From NCBI RefSeq assembly GCF_031769215.1, contig NW_026782366.1, positions 310,001 to 374,000 of the forward strand: a DNA stretch of 64,000 nt, written 5' to 3'. Shown here piece after piece: positions 26,401-39,300 of this stretch. The position numbers and the translations under genes are program-made. A model generated the notes under the pieces. It was not told the DNA's origin. It searched no databases and saw only the letters and a program-made list of their open reading frames with translations. This DNA is from Ylistrum balloti. Lineage: Eukaryota. Within the stretch, counting starts at the first letter, position 1. Every line of letters begins with the position of its first letter.

Positions 26401-29400
26401 GGAAGGAAATTTTGATTTGTTGGACAGGAACTATGAATGTGTGGTAGAGGTAATCGGGATGCATTGGACTGGGACAATGATATGAAGGATATGAGACCTT
26501 GAGATGTAGGGGCCTGAGTTTCTTGATGTGTCGCACATGGACTTTGATGTTTGGGGCAGGACACTTGGATTCATAGGTCAGGAGACCTGGATGTGTAGGA
26601 TCAGCAATTTGGATGTATCTGATAACAGACCTTGGTGCATGGGACAGGAGACCGTGATCATTTGTAAAATACAGGACCAGATTGTATCTATGTGTAGGAC
26701 AGAGATTTTAATTTGTGAGGCTGAGAGAGGGGATCTGAATTTGTGGGACAAGAACCATGATTTTTGGCAGGGGACCCTAGATGTGTGATCTTGAAATATC
26801 TGGGAAATGGGATCTAAATTGGTCAGGTGATCTGACTATCAGGTTGATATCTGAATAGTTAGTTTTGATTGTTCTTCTTTTTCAACAGATCAAACTTCAG
26901 TTTGCTAACAACACAATACCAGAACAGTTCTTCAAAATTAATGGGGATTCTGAGGAGGAAATCTGGAAAAAGAAAGATGCCCCCAACCCATTTCTCAGCT
27001 TAATTCAGCGATTCAATCTTATCTTCAACAAGGATAGAGAGGACGTATCACTGAAAGCATTTAACAAGAGTTGTGTGGCAGTGCAAACAGATTCATCTTA
27101 CAGTCTCTCTTTCAGTGTTAAGTGTGAGTACACAGATTCCTCTTATAATCTCTCTTTGTGTCAAGTATGAGTATAAATTTCTCTAATAATTTGTTCATTG
27201 ATATCAAGTGTGAGTACACACTCCTATAAGATGATAGTACAAACTCCTGAAATCTCCTCTTTAGTGTTAATGTAAGTATAGTCTCCTGTTAACTCTCCTT
27301 GAGTGTTAGTGTGAGTAGAGACTCCTATTTTCTCTTCTTTATTAATGGTCAGAACATGCTCCTTTGTGTTCCCCTTTAGTGTCAAATATGAGTTCAGATT
27401 CCTCCTACAGTCCCTTTAGTATTAAGGGTCAGAGCACATTTCTGTTATCTCCCCTTAAATACAGACTCCACCTTTAATATCTTCTTTAGTGTCAAGTGTG
27501 AGTTCTGATTCCACCTATAGTCTTTCCATTAGTATGATGGGTCAGAACACATTCCTGTAATCTCCCCTTAACTGGTAAATGTGAGTACAGACTACTCCTA
27601 TAAACTCACCTTGGGTGTCAAGTGTGAGTTCATACTTCTCTTATAATCTCTCCTTTATTTATGTGTAAGTATAAGCTCTTACTATCATCTCTTCTTAGTG
27701 TTAAATCATCTCTATAATCTCTCCTTTAGTATTAAGACCCCACCTGTAATTTCTGTATCATCTAAATCTAAAAATTTTGTAATTCTTCATGATTATACAT
27801 TTAATGTGTAGTAAATCCTCCTTATTGTTGATTTGAACTGTACAGTTGATTATCTCCTTCAGTAATGTGACTGTGAACTTCTATTGTGTTAATCTATCAT
27901 GTCTGATGTTTATTTTTAAGATTGTAATGTGATTATTTAATAATTTGTTTATCAGGAAAAAAAAAACAGAAACTTACCTGTAATTTGCTTGTACACATCA
28001 GGATGGTACAGCAGAAGGCACAGATGTTGTTTATAGTCAAAATGAATAACTGGTGTCATCATTGTGTTTTAAAATAAGTGTATCTACTTTAACTAATTTA
28101 CTGAGAGTTGCCTGTTGTTGAAGGGTAAATATTTGTTATTGTATCAGCTATTTGTCCCCAATCACATTGTTATATGTGAATGTTTGTTCTCATGCTATGG
28201 CAGATATTGTAAAATTTACATGTGAATTTTAGTGCTAAAAGAGAATGTATTAATTGTGCTCTCCTTAAATATTGTGAAGCAAAGTTAGATTAATTACAAT
28301 GGCTACAGACACATTGAATTTTAATAGACTCCTTCATGTTACATGTATGTTAGACAAAATCAGTATTGTAGAGGAGAGTTTTTGTTTACAGATGTTGAAC
28401 TGTGGTATGTAGCATACCTGACTGCTGGTATCGTTATCTTCTTATCAGGCAAGAGCTGGAGTCAGTAAGTATTCACACACACAGACAGGCACGCACGCAC
28501 ACACACACACACACAGAGAGATATATATCACTGATCATTTGATATACTTCCATAAAAAACATGATGGACTAGAGCTGAAGAGCCAAATGTTTTTAGAATA
28601 TATACATAATGCATTGTCGAGGATGTTATTTTATGTAATACCTATACTATAGTATTGTATGCCTGTGTTACAGTAATACCTATCTACACTATAGTACTGG
28701 GGTAACTATAGGTGTAATGGCGTCCATTATATTCCTCCTGATATTTCTCAGAAGACTGTTTCCTGAGGTAAGCATTAGTATATTTAAGCATATTTCAATT
28801 CAAGGAAATATCAGTGAAATGGATATTATGAAATTTCTTTTGTACTAATATATACACTTGTAAATTTTGATTTATTAGTCAGAATGTAGAACTACAACAG
28901 TGAAATATGATTTTATTAAAGGAAAGCATTTCTTAGTTGTGATTACTGATACCTATTCACATTTGTAATTTCAACAAATGATGTATGTTTAAATCAAATG
29001 AAAAAATACTCAGTTTTTGTAACTTGGCTGTCGAAGCAGGCTTACAACCATCATTGCTCTTGATAGAAAGTATAGTACATGAATACATACAAATTAACTG
29101 TTTTTGTTTTAGAGTCTTCGAAAGGTCAGCTACCTTATGATTGCAGCTGCTACTTCAACATCTGTCTGGTTCTGGACATATTTCCTGAATCAGATTTTTG
29201 ACCCAGTTACGGGTACACTGATTCAGTATTGGCAGTATATTTTGGGCTATGTCATCTTGACAGGCCTGATTAGTTTCTGTGCCTGCTACAGGTACGGCCC
29301 AGTGACAGACACTCGCAGCCTCAATCTTATACAGTGGTTTATACAACTGATTGGACTGTTTCTAGTGTACCAGGGAACACAGATCCCTGAGTTATCAGTG

Positions 29401-31212
29401 GCCATCATCGTTGTGTTAGTGACACTGTACAATATTCCTAAAGGATTTTATCGAAATAGATTTACCTACTATCTTAGGTGAGTTGGAATAGAATCTAATA
29501 GAATCTTACAAAGGTCTGTTCCATAGACGAGGATATCTGACCTCAAGTATTAGAGTTTGGCTGGTCAGCAGGAGGGCTACTTAGTGCTGACCAGCCAAAT
29601 TCTTACTCCATGAGTGAGAGATCCCTGTCCACAGAATAAATGCTTGTATGATTATTTTTTGCAAATTCTTAAAATAAAAAACGTAAAATTGATGTAAAAC
29701 CTATTCACATCATGCCATCCTCAATGTGCCATTAAATTGATATAAAAATTTGTACTGTGAGCAGCTTCATAGCATTTGTCAGCTGTCATCCCTTACCTAA
29801 TGTCAGATAGCATTATCCAATTTCTGGTAGGAATCAACTTATGTGAGAATCGTAGAGCTTATTAACACTGATTCATGAATGTTTCATGTTTATAGAAATA
29901 TTTGAATAGTCACTAAAGGTAGATTCAACTTTTGTTACATGTAAAACTACCAGTATATGATTTTATTTTGTAAAATCGATACAACAGTTCAGGTATATTT
30001 TAAATGTTTCTTGTTGCAAAAATTAATTATCTGACTTGAATACTTTATTGTGACAATCTACATTCAAGTTGTTTCTTCTTTCCTTGGTAGATGTTTATGT
30101 GTTTCCTGCTCATCTTACTGTACTTTAATCGAAATTCTCTTCTTTACAAAGTATACATTTTCATGCGTACACAAAGAAATATTATAATTACAACTTACTT
30201 ACTGTAACCTATTTGGAACTATTGTGATATAACTGTGGTCTTTCCCTGTTTCTTTTTAATTGTGAAGGACTTGTTATGATTCAGGTTCAAGTTTTTCACA
30301 CCTAAACGGAAGTTTCTGACTGAAGAAGAGTATAACAAACAGGCCAATGAGGAGACTAAGAAGGCACTAGATGAATTGCGTAGCTTCTGTCAGAGCCCTA
30401 AATGTGACACGTGGAAAGTTGTTAGTCTTCTGTCCACACCAACAAAGTAAGTCATAGAGGGAAAGTGGAGAACTGTGAATTTTAAAATATTATATCACTC
30501 AGGAAAAAACTTGTTCAGTCAGTCTTGTAAACATATTTACATTTCTGGAGTTGATCACATCAGGAGGCAAGTAATAAAAGACAATCATATTTATTAATTG
30601 AATTCTGTGGACCCACATCACAGTCACAGAGGTGGAATGTGTAAAAATCTTCAGTATTCAGACAAATTGTTCTGAGTGACCAGATGGCCCAAGGTCATGA
30701 TAATTTGCCCTGTGGCTTGTCTGAATTACTGGCTATTATTTATGTTGTTCAGTTGAATTAATTTGACCTACTTTCTAAGTGAAATGGTTAGATATGTTGA
30801 AATCTTAAAGGAACTTTGATAATCAACAGGACCAGATCTATGGTAATTGAGATCTGTATGGGATAAGCATGAAAGTCACATGAATAAAAAAAATCTTACA
30901 AAGTTTTCTTATACTATATAAAAGATGAACAATAGAGGCCCAGTTAGCTTCTTATTACTCCAGTGATTTCTGTTGCACAACTCCAGAACAGATGCTTAAA
31001 GCATTATTAAATTTGCCTTAAATTTGAATTTATGTAAGGAATAAAACTAGTGTTATGTTAACAGGTTTGCCAAATTTGTGGAGGGGGATTCTTGGCACGT
31101 TACAGATGAGGAACTACTGGAATACGACAGTGGGCCAGAACCATTACCACCAGGAGACCTAGATTCTTCAGATGAGGAGGATGAAATGGACTTCATACTG
31201 AGTTCACCTTAA
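23402..31212 (+). CDS. NEMP1: Nuclear envelope integral membrane protein (NEMP/TMEM194 family), 8 exons
   Basis: Exons 23402-23534, 25773-25918, 26889-27123, 28392-28464, 28674-28767, 29113-29477, 30285-30446 and 31065-31212; phases join. Signal-like N-terminus, HYSTGVTIG, YRYGPV and FLTEEEY..QANEETKKALDELRSFCQSP..DTWKVVS motifs, acidic tail. Confidence 0.93.
26270..26790. repeat. Degenerate 21-bp G-rich minisatellite in NEMP intron 2
   Basis: Recurrent GGGACAGG(A/G)ACCTTGATGTGT-like units; 7-aa periodic short ORFs on both strands. Confidence 0.7.
27088..27760 (+). repeat. Degenerate tandem array (about 42-45 bp) derived from the NEMP exon 3 end plus splice donor
   Basis: Exon end CAGATTCATCTTACAGTCTCTCTTTCAGTGTTAAGT|GTGAGTACA recurs as CAGATTCCTCTTATAATCTCTCTTTGTGTCAAGTATGAGTA and further diverged copies. 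Confidence 0.8.
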
Positions 31213-32220
31213 ATTTCATATTCCAAATGCACAACATGATGTATTAGAAGTATTCATGAAACATGTGGACTCCCATGTTCAACTCAAGACACCTTACCAC
31301 CATTGTTCATTAATTTCCTCAGAGACGAAAAAAAATGGAGTGGTTCTCCAAGGCTTTGAACTTCATATCAACCTTTAGCTTTTGTACTTGTTAAGATAAA
31401 TGAAATATGACTTGGATGTGATGAGAGGTAGCTGTTAGTTTTGAGAGAAGAAATTTGTCAGGCAGTAAGCCCATGCCATGTATTAAGCCCACCCAAAGTA
31501 AACAAAAGAAAAACAGCTCCTTGTTTGTTAAGTTTGGAAATTTCTTTATATTTCACTTTAAAATCATGAAATTTAATTTCTTGTAGCTTTAAATGTTATG
31601 TTTGGAGTATTGTACATATCTAGCATAAGGCTGCTCAGTAACATTGATGTTGTATGGTTTATCTACAACTCCAAGCTTTAACCTTACTGTTTATATATAT
31701 TGATATTTAAACAGCTAAGTGTATTAATGACTAGGACCCGGGGTGGGGGTGGGGAAGGAGGCACAGTGTCCCTCAATGTCTTAATCGTTGCAATCCTGAT
31801 GAACCTGCTCTCTTTGGATAAAAATGTAAACAAGAGGTCTTACTTGGGTAATCCATGTAATAAAGCTGATAGTAGTAAGTCAGACACAGGAGGTTCTTTT
31901 CAAATCAAGGGCAAGCTGTTATCAGAACCATAAGTGTACATTTTATTGTTTAAGTATTTGTTAAATAAGGGAGTGCATAAGTATCATCACATCGTCAAAT
32001 TAGAACTGAACTTGAACAAGAATTAATGATTATATAGTAAATGGTTTACATATGAGATTGATGGAATAAACCGTCCCCATGTTAAGTGTGTGTAGATAGA
32101 ATGTAGGACTCACTTATAGGATTAATAGATCAACTATCCCCATAGTTGAGTGTGTATTATAGCATATAAGTTGTGTTAACATCATGTATAAATGCTTTTC
32201 CTATACAGTTTTTGAATGAT

Positions 32221-32500
32221 TTTTCACTAAATTGAGTGTGTGTATATAGCATGTGTAATGGTTGAATGATTTTTCACTTAGTTGAGCGTGTGTAAATAGC
32301 ATGAGTAATGGTTGAATAACTTTTCACTAAGTTGAGTGTGTGTAAATAGCATGTGTAATGGTTGAATGACTTTTCACTTAGTTGAGCGTGTGTAAATAGC
32401 ATGTGTAATGGTTGAATGACTTTTCACTAAGTTGAGTGTGTGTAAATAGCATGTGTAATGGTTGAATGACTTTTCACTAAGTTGAGTGTGTGTAAATAGT
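32221..32500. repeat. 50-bp minisatellite, about 6 copies, downstream of NEMP
   Basis: TTTTCACTAAGTTGAGTGTGTGTAAATAGCATGTGTAATGGTTGAATGAC at 32221, 32271, 32321, 32371, 32421 and 32471. Confidence 0.95.
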
Positions 32501-33078
32501 ATTAGTGTAAATGGTATGTGTGTGTATATTGTTTGCCTTGTCATTGATAGTACTAGTATCATTACTCAGTTTGTGTTGATAGTTCACTAGCTATTGTTAG
32601 GAAACATGTCGCCCCTTGTGATGTTAGAATTGTTTATCTGATTATTAATATTATCTCTGGCAGAGTGCTGCTCTCCTATTTAAAATTGTTATCCCCGATT
32701 TCAAGAGTGCTTCTTCATATTTTTTTCAATTCAGAAATGCTTTCCCTGGGTATAGTTCTTATGTTTTGTCTATACCATTTTTGTTATTGATAATGAATGA
32801 ATCTTAGTACTGGTAGTCAGTAATAGTCAATGTTTGTAGTGGCTCCAGTCACATCGAACAGATGCTAACTTTCTGAGGTGACAGTATTGGGTGACAGTAT
32901 GGTGGTGACACTGGTGCTATGTAATGATTTGTAGTGGTTCCTGAGCATCTTTTACACCTGATAGACTCCTTTGAAGACTTGGGTTTTGTAGTCAGTAATG
33001 GTCACAAGAATCAAAAGTCCATATATACAATCAGTATAAGATTTAAGTATGACGCTTCAAATGATTACAAGGTCACCT

Positions 33079-33161
33079 TCATCAGACAAATGACCAGTGT
33101 GATGCATACTAGCACTGATGTACAAAATCATAAAGAGTCTCACTGGTCATTTGTCTGATGA
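33079..33161. repeat. Perfect 21-bp inverted repeat with 41-nt loop
   Basis: TCATCAGACAAATGACCAGTG (33079-33099) and CACTGGTCATTTGTCTGATGA (33141-33161). Confidence 0.9.
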
Positions 33162-33390
33162 CCACAAAGTCATCAAAGCATCACACTTAAATCTTCTACT
33201 GGTTGTGTTTTCGGAACTTCTATTCTATTGATATTACCAATTTGAAGAAAAATTTTCCAAAGTGATGGTCACTTTTGGTGGTGGCTTCGGAGTACCTGCC
33301 ACATCTGACTGATGCCAACTTCCTGATGTGACAGTGGGTAAAGACAGGGGTTTTGTGGTCAGTAATTGATTCTTCTCCTTCATCATATTC

Positions 33391-33508
33391 ATAGCTCCAA
33401 CTTGTCAAGACATACTAGATTGATCTCTTTGGAGAATTTGTTTTGTGTATAGCTCCAACTTGTCAAGACATACTAGATTGATCTCTTTGGAGAATTTGTT
33501 TTGTGTAT
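33391..33508. repeat. Exact 58-bp tandem duplication
   Basis: ATAGCTCCAACTTGTCAAGACATACTAGATTGATCTCTTTGGAGAATTTGTTTTGTGT occurs at 33391 and 33449. Confidence 0.95.
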
Positions 33509-36393
33509 AAAGCCATTGTTTCTTTGAGACAATAATTTCACATTTTCACTCAGCGCCTGTTAGAGTTACCGTGAATGTACTTACTATAATACATTTCTTT
33601 TTGGTAAATTGGGTCAATAATTAATTTGCACACAGTAGTAACATTTTAGTGCAAAATTTTCGCTATGAAAAGTGCTAATATAAGATCATTGCTAAAATAT
33701 GTGTGTTTACAGCATAGATCTTTTGAGCAGATGTGGCTCAGGAATTTTTTAATGCTTCCCCGTGTCTATATAGCAATGTAAAGATCTCAGCATAATGTTT
33801 CAGTATTTATATTTAACACAGTTTTTAGTACTAAGTCAATATTGAACTAACTATTTCTGTTTTAGTGCTGTAATCAGTATAGTGTTTACATTGATTTTTG
33901 AATCTATAAGTTACCTTTTCACTTAAATCTGTGTACAGAGTAGATTTGTTGTATTCATGTGTAGAATATTTCAGTATATGTTTATTTAGTCTTTTCCCAT
34001 TAAAGCATTATTGAGTCTAGAAATGATTATGTAATTCATGGCAGCTATGTGGTGAATGCTTACATTTATGTATCTAGCACTCCCTAAGACAAAGTGTGTA
34101 CTGTTTTCCTTCTCTGTGTTTACTTTTATGGAAACTGTTCCAGAAAATGTCTTCAGTTCAATAGGTAAAAGATACATAAGAGACCTATTATTTGGAGTCA
34201 TATCAGACATTATTCTGGATAAGAAACATTCCATTATTGTTTTTTTTTCTAGAGTTATGGGGTGACAGCTTTATAGTCCATGTGCCATTCACTTGCTCCA
34301 GGTTGTATCTGAACATCAACATGTCACCAAATTTTGTATGGATTGACCTCCTTTGATGATAAATGTGTGTGAAAAATGAGTTTTGTTACTCTATTATGTA
34401 TAGAGTTTTGGTCCTTGTATGTCGAGGACCATAGGCAATATTTTAGAATGTTTTCTAAAGGAGTGGCAGAGAGTTTAATACCTAAATTAGGTCTTGTACC
34501 CAATGATTTCCAGAGTTCTGGCCTTTTTTTGTTTTATTTTCCTACAAAGTTTGTTCAGAAGGGTGGAATTTTTTATTGGTTTCAAAACCGTTTTGAATAT
34601 CATGTTAATATGTCCTACCATGGCGGCTTTCAATACCCTTATTTCACAGTATAACCGAGCTTGCGTGTGCTTAAATATCACAAATTAATTGTCCTCAAGG
34701 GCAAAGGTTGCATTTCAGCATATTGCAGGACGGTGTTGTGTGACTCAGAAAGACACTGATTGTTGTACAACTCCACATGACTGCTAGCTTCTGTACATTG
34801 AGATTCAGGTGATAAGAATAGCTTCGGAAATATTGATATTTAACATAAAGAACACCTATACAACCATAGGAGCATGAAAAAGGTTACAGGGTAAGATGAT
34901 GGTCTGGTATGCCATCACTGAATGTTACGCACTTGGAATCAGTTTCCTGAATATTAGATAAGGTACTATAGAAATGGATTATGGTTGTGAAATGTTAATC
35001 AGAATCTAGAATATTTTGTGTACATTGTAAATCAAAATTTTCTTTTTATGATTACATTTGCATCTTATTTACAGGTACTAAGCTTTAAATCATGTATGTT
35101 TGATTTAAACCACAAAGTACTGATCAGTAACCTCCTTATATAGTATTTGATTTCATTAAGAACAGAAACATAATAACTATCAGTTTTGACTTTTAACTAC
35201 GCAAAGTTCCAGGGGTTATAATCACTCTGCATCAGATTGTTAGTGATTGTTACTCCTGGAATTTCAAGGATGTGGCTTTTAAGATTAAACTTTATTATGG
35301 AACAATCGGTTTGGAATGATGTGCATCAAAAGTTAGATGCAGCAATCAAAATCAACATTTTGGAACATTGATATCAACAGCTACACATTATTCTTAAAAG
35401 CCTAAAAAATCCTTCTTTTCAAAGTTTGTTTCAATGGAAGTTTTGTACTCTTTTGCCTTTGCCTTGTATTAGGATTGGTAATTTTTTAAAGATTCTTTAA
35501 TGAGAAATAATAGTTAAATGGACTCACTCTGTTAAATAAAGTACAGCAAATTGATGTTACATTATGCAACTGAATTATTAGAATTTCTTACCGATTTGAG
35601 CTGTGTGTTGCCATGTGTGTTTTCAAATGAATAAATTATTTTTAATTTCCTGTTTTTGACTTTATTTTTATGAACTTCTTAATGGTTGTGGATTATAAAT
35701 TGAACCGAAAATTTTTGCCTGGGCATGTTGTCTGTTGCTTATATAGCAAAGTTGCTGTCAACTGCTGTCTGTCATTTGGTAACTACCTAGTCAAAACCAA
35801 GAGATAAAGACTTCAGCCAGGAAATATCCAAGGTAGTACTCATAGAACCTTAGTAAAAAAAACTCGGGTATATATTTTTTGACAATTTCTTTATTCTCCT
35901 CTCTTTTCAGGATGTATCATAGGCCCGCGTGTACTAGTGTTTTTGTCATTGGTCGCGACACTGTATCCTAGGTATTGTATGACATTTAAGGGGCCTCCAA
36001 TGTTCATTAGGTACAAACCATCAGAATTTCCTCCTTACTCATTACGTTTCAAATAACAATGGACAGATTCACTACATCAACAAGCATTTGCGCTTTTACC
36101 TAGCGAAGTGCAGAATGGTTGAGTCTAGCCTCTTTTATATTTCATTCTCTGAAAGCTACGCGCGTCTAATTCTACATCATGTTTAGAATTATCGCCCTTG
36201 TGGTCCCATGCAATTTCCTGCAACAACTCCATGCGTTCGAAAACGTTCAAGACACCACTTATTGTTTAACACCGCAACAGGAACATTTTTGTAAATGCCT
36301 TATATACAAAAAATCTGTCATTTTAAAACTTGATGATTCTCTGAATTGTGTGATGACAAAGTAGTACCGAGACGGAAAGTATTTTCCAAAGAA

Positions 36394-39300
36394 ATGGCAA
36401 TGGAATTGACTTTCTTAGGCACAGGATCGGCCTATCCGTCGCCTACCAGAGGAGCGTCATGTATAGCACTTAGACTAGGTGAGCCTATATCCTTCTCTTA
36501 CCAGTGAAATACGTAGTAAAACTTTCATTATGAGACACAGACTGTGTAAAACTTCAGGCTCATGGGATCAGGAACATCTCCAAGTTTAGAAAAAATCCTA
36601 CAGTACTAGACCAATAAGTAATAAATCATAGTTCGAGAGCCCTGACACCTGTGTAAAACTGACAAGTTGAGACTGTGTCCCTCCCCAAGATTGGCTTTAA
36701 TTATATTAAACCACAAACAAATGCAGTTGGTCCTAGTAAAGATAAGCAATCTCTTAAACGTCATAATGTCCGAGAAATAGTAGACTGTGGATTTTTACTT
36801 TGGTTGTTAAATACCAGGTGCCCGTGGAAAAATTCAGAAAGTACATCTAAAACTTTATCACTCCCTTGACACTGTGGTCGCCATTCTAAAAATCAGAAGT
36901 TAAGATGTCCCTCTTTTACGACTGTGGTTATGCATATAAAGCTCAGATGGTAAGATGTCCCTGCCATACGACTGTGGTTACCAGGTACACTTCAGTTCAG
37001 AGTTAAGACTGCCTCTCTCCTGCAACTATGGTTATGCATATGAAGCTCAGATGAGAAGACTGTGTCTTTTCCTTTTCTAGGGTTAGCTATTGGTTTTTTT
37101 ATACAGCATTAATTGTGTTGTCTGTATTGTGCATAAAATGATATTTTGCTGAAATAAAATTGTCGAATAAGTATTATATTTACAGTATTGAAACTCAGAA
37201 AGTAAGACTATGTAATAATGAAACTAAGATTGATCTAAAAATTTAAACTATGATTGACTAGTCATGATCCTAGGAAAAATAAACAGTTATTAATTAAATT
37301 AATGACATTGGAAATTGATATTTTAGAAGGGTTCCTTTTTGGAGGATGGAATAAAAGGAAAAAAACACATTGTAACTAAAACGATTAAAGAAAAACAAAA
37401 TTCTATTTCATGAATTTGACAGAAAATGTGTCTGTTTTTCATCAAGCTTTAGGTAAAATTGAAATCATTTGTACTATTTAATAAACAACCTTTACAGTAG
37501 CACTAGGTAAAACCTAGGTATATTCCTTGCTGTCTCATTTAAGCCATGTTATGTATTGATGTTTTCAGAAGAGGCTGGTGTATGGCTATTTGATTGTGGA
37601 GAAGGTTCACAGGTACAGGTGATGAAGAGTAATGTAAAACCAGGAAAGGTTTCCAAAATATTCATCACTCATCTCCATGGAGACCATGTAAGTTTTTTTG
37701 GGAATGTTTGACACCATATTGATCTGTTTCCTCTGTCACCTTGAATATATTACATTTATTCTGTTTCCTCCATAGATGTTTGGACTGCCTGGCCTAATGT
37801 GCACGATCAGCCAGAACAATCAAAGAACTGATCCTGTCGAAGTTTATGGTCCAGTTGGCCTGCGGAAATTCTTGCGGGTCAGTTTGGAATTGTCAAGGTC
37901 ACTGCTTGGGTTTAGTTACACCGTCCATGAACTGGAATGTTTGACCAGTCAGTATCCAGATGATTGGAACGTAAGTCCTACAGATTTAGCTGATATCTAG
38001 AGACTGGATGTTTGATGTTCTTAATGGTCTCCTGTTAAAAAGCAATATATCTAATGAATGTAGGAGAATTTTAAGTGCAGACACAATGTGTATTGCCATA
38101 CCAGAAAGTATCAATGTACACTTGCGGCATATAATGAATGTATTCAAAATGGAAATGAATAAAACTTCAGTATTATTTTCATACAAACTGGATTTTAAAC
38201 TGATCAAAAATTGATTTTAATGCTGCAGCCATGTTAGACATGGCTGATGGACTTCCATTTTTATCTGCATTTTGAAACCATTCATTTATTAGTAGTTTTT
38301 GCCAGAATATGTTTGATCAAAACATTTGGCAGACTTTTGAAAATGTATACCTTTGTACTATGGTTGGGTTAATTGATACAGGCTTTTATTCTCCTTGACT
38401 CTTCATATCACTTGGCATTGTCTCATTGACAAACAATGACATCATGTACCAATTTATCTTGCATTAAACCTTTGCCTGATATTAAGGACAGTATCAGTAG
38501 AAACAGGGATTAACACTGCTCTACTTTAAAGTCAAAGGTTATGTATTGTTTCCCTATGACTCATATGTAATGGTTGTGTATCAGAAGAGATGGAAGGTGG
38601 ATCATTCATCTTCAAGCTCTAGATGTCATCCCAATGAGATAGATGGCACCACATTACAACCAGATCAGAACTCAGTCTGGCATCTGTAAGTGTTACTTCA
38701 AATAGGGGAAACTGTATTTCACTATTTACTTGACAACATATTGCTATTGAAACATATAAAATTCTGATTCAGAATAATGAGGTATTTTTATTATGAAATA
38801 GCATTTGGTAGGGTTATCACTAGGTATTGGCTTGTAATGCCTGCCACCTTGATCAGAAACTGACCACATGTATTAGAAATAAACAATTTTAGAAATCATC
38901 AGATTGGCCATTTGTAAATGTTTTGTTGTTTCATAAATTTTGTTCTTATTAAAGTATTAAAGAATTACAATTTCGCTTTCTTTGGTTGCTTGCCTTCCAT
39001 CCACTGTTATCTGTCAGGAAATATTTATGGAAAATGATAATTCCAGGGTAAGGTTTCTTTTTCAGTTTCTCTGATGATAAGATGGAGGTATCAGCAATTT
39101 GGCTAAAGCACAGGATTCCTTCATTTGGTTTCATTATTCAGGAAAAACCACTTCCAGGAAAGTAAGTTTGCTTTGAAACATAGTCAATTTTACTCAAATG
39201 CTTTATATAGTTTATGAAATAAAGGAAGAGGGAGTCTCAATTTTACTAGAAATACTTTCATTCCCAAGGGATTGAAGATCAGGGGGCATATTGTTTTTAT

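Noticed and set aside
32850-33410. Minus-strand ITDHKTPVFTHC / ITDYKTQVF fragments vaguely like HYR or cadherin motifs
   Set aside because: Short, interrupted by stops, with no splice-consistent model.
34690-35620. Possible small minus-strand gene (ATG...|GTAAG near 35590; YAEMQP-containing segment near 34720)
   Set aside because: Intervening candidate exons contain stops in every phase.
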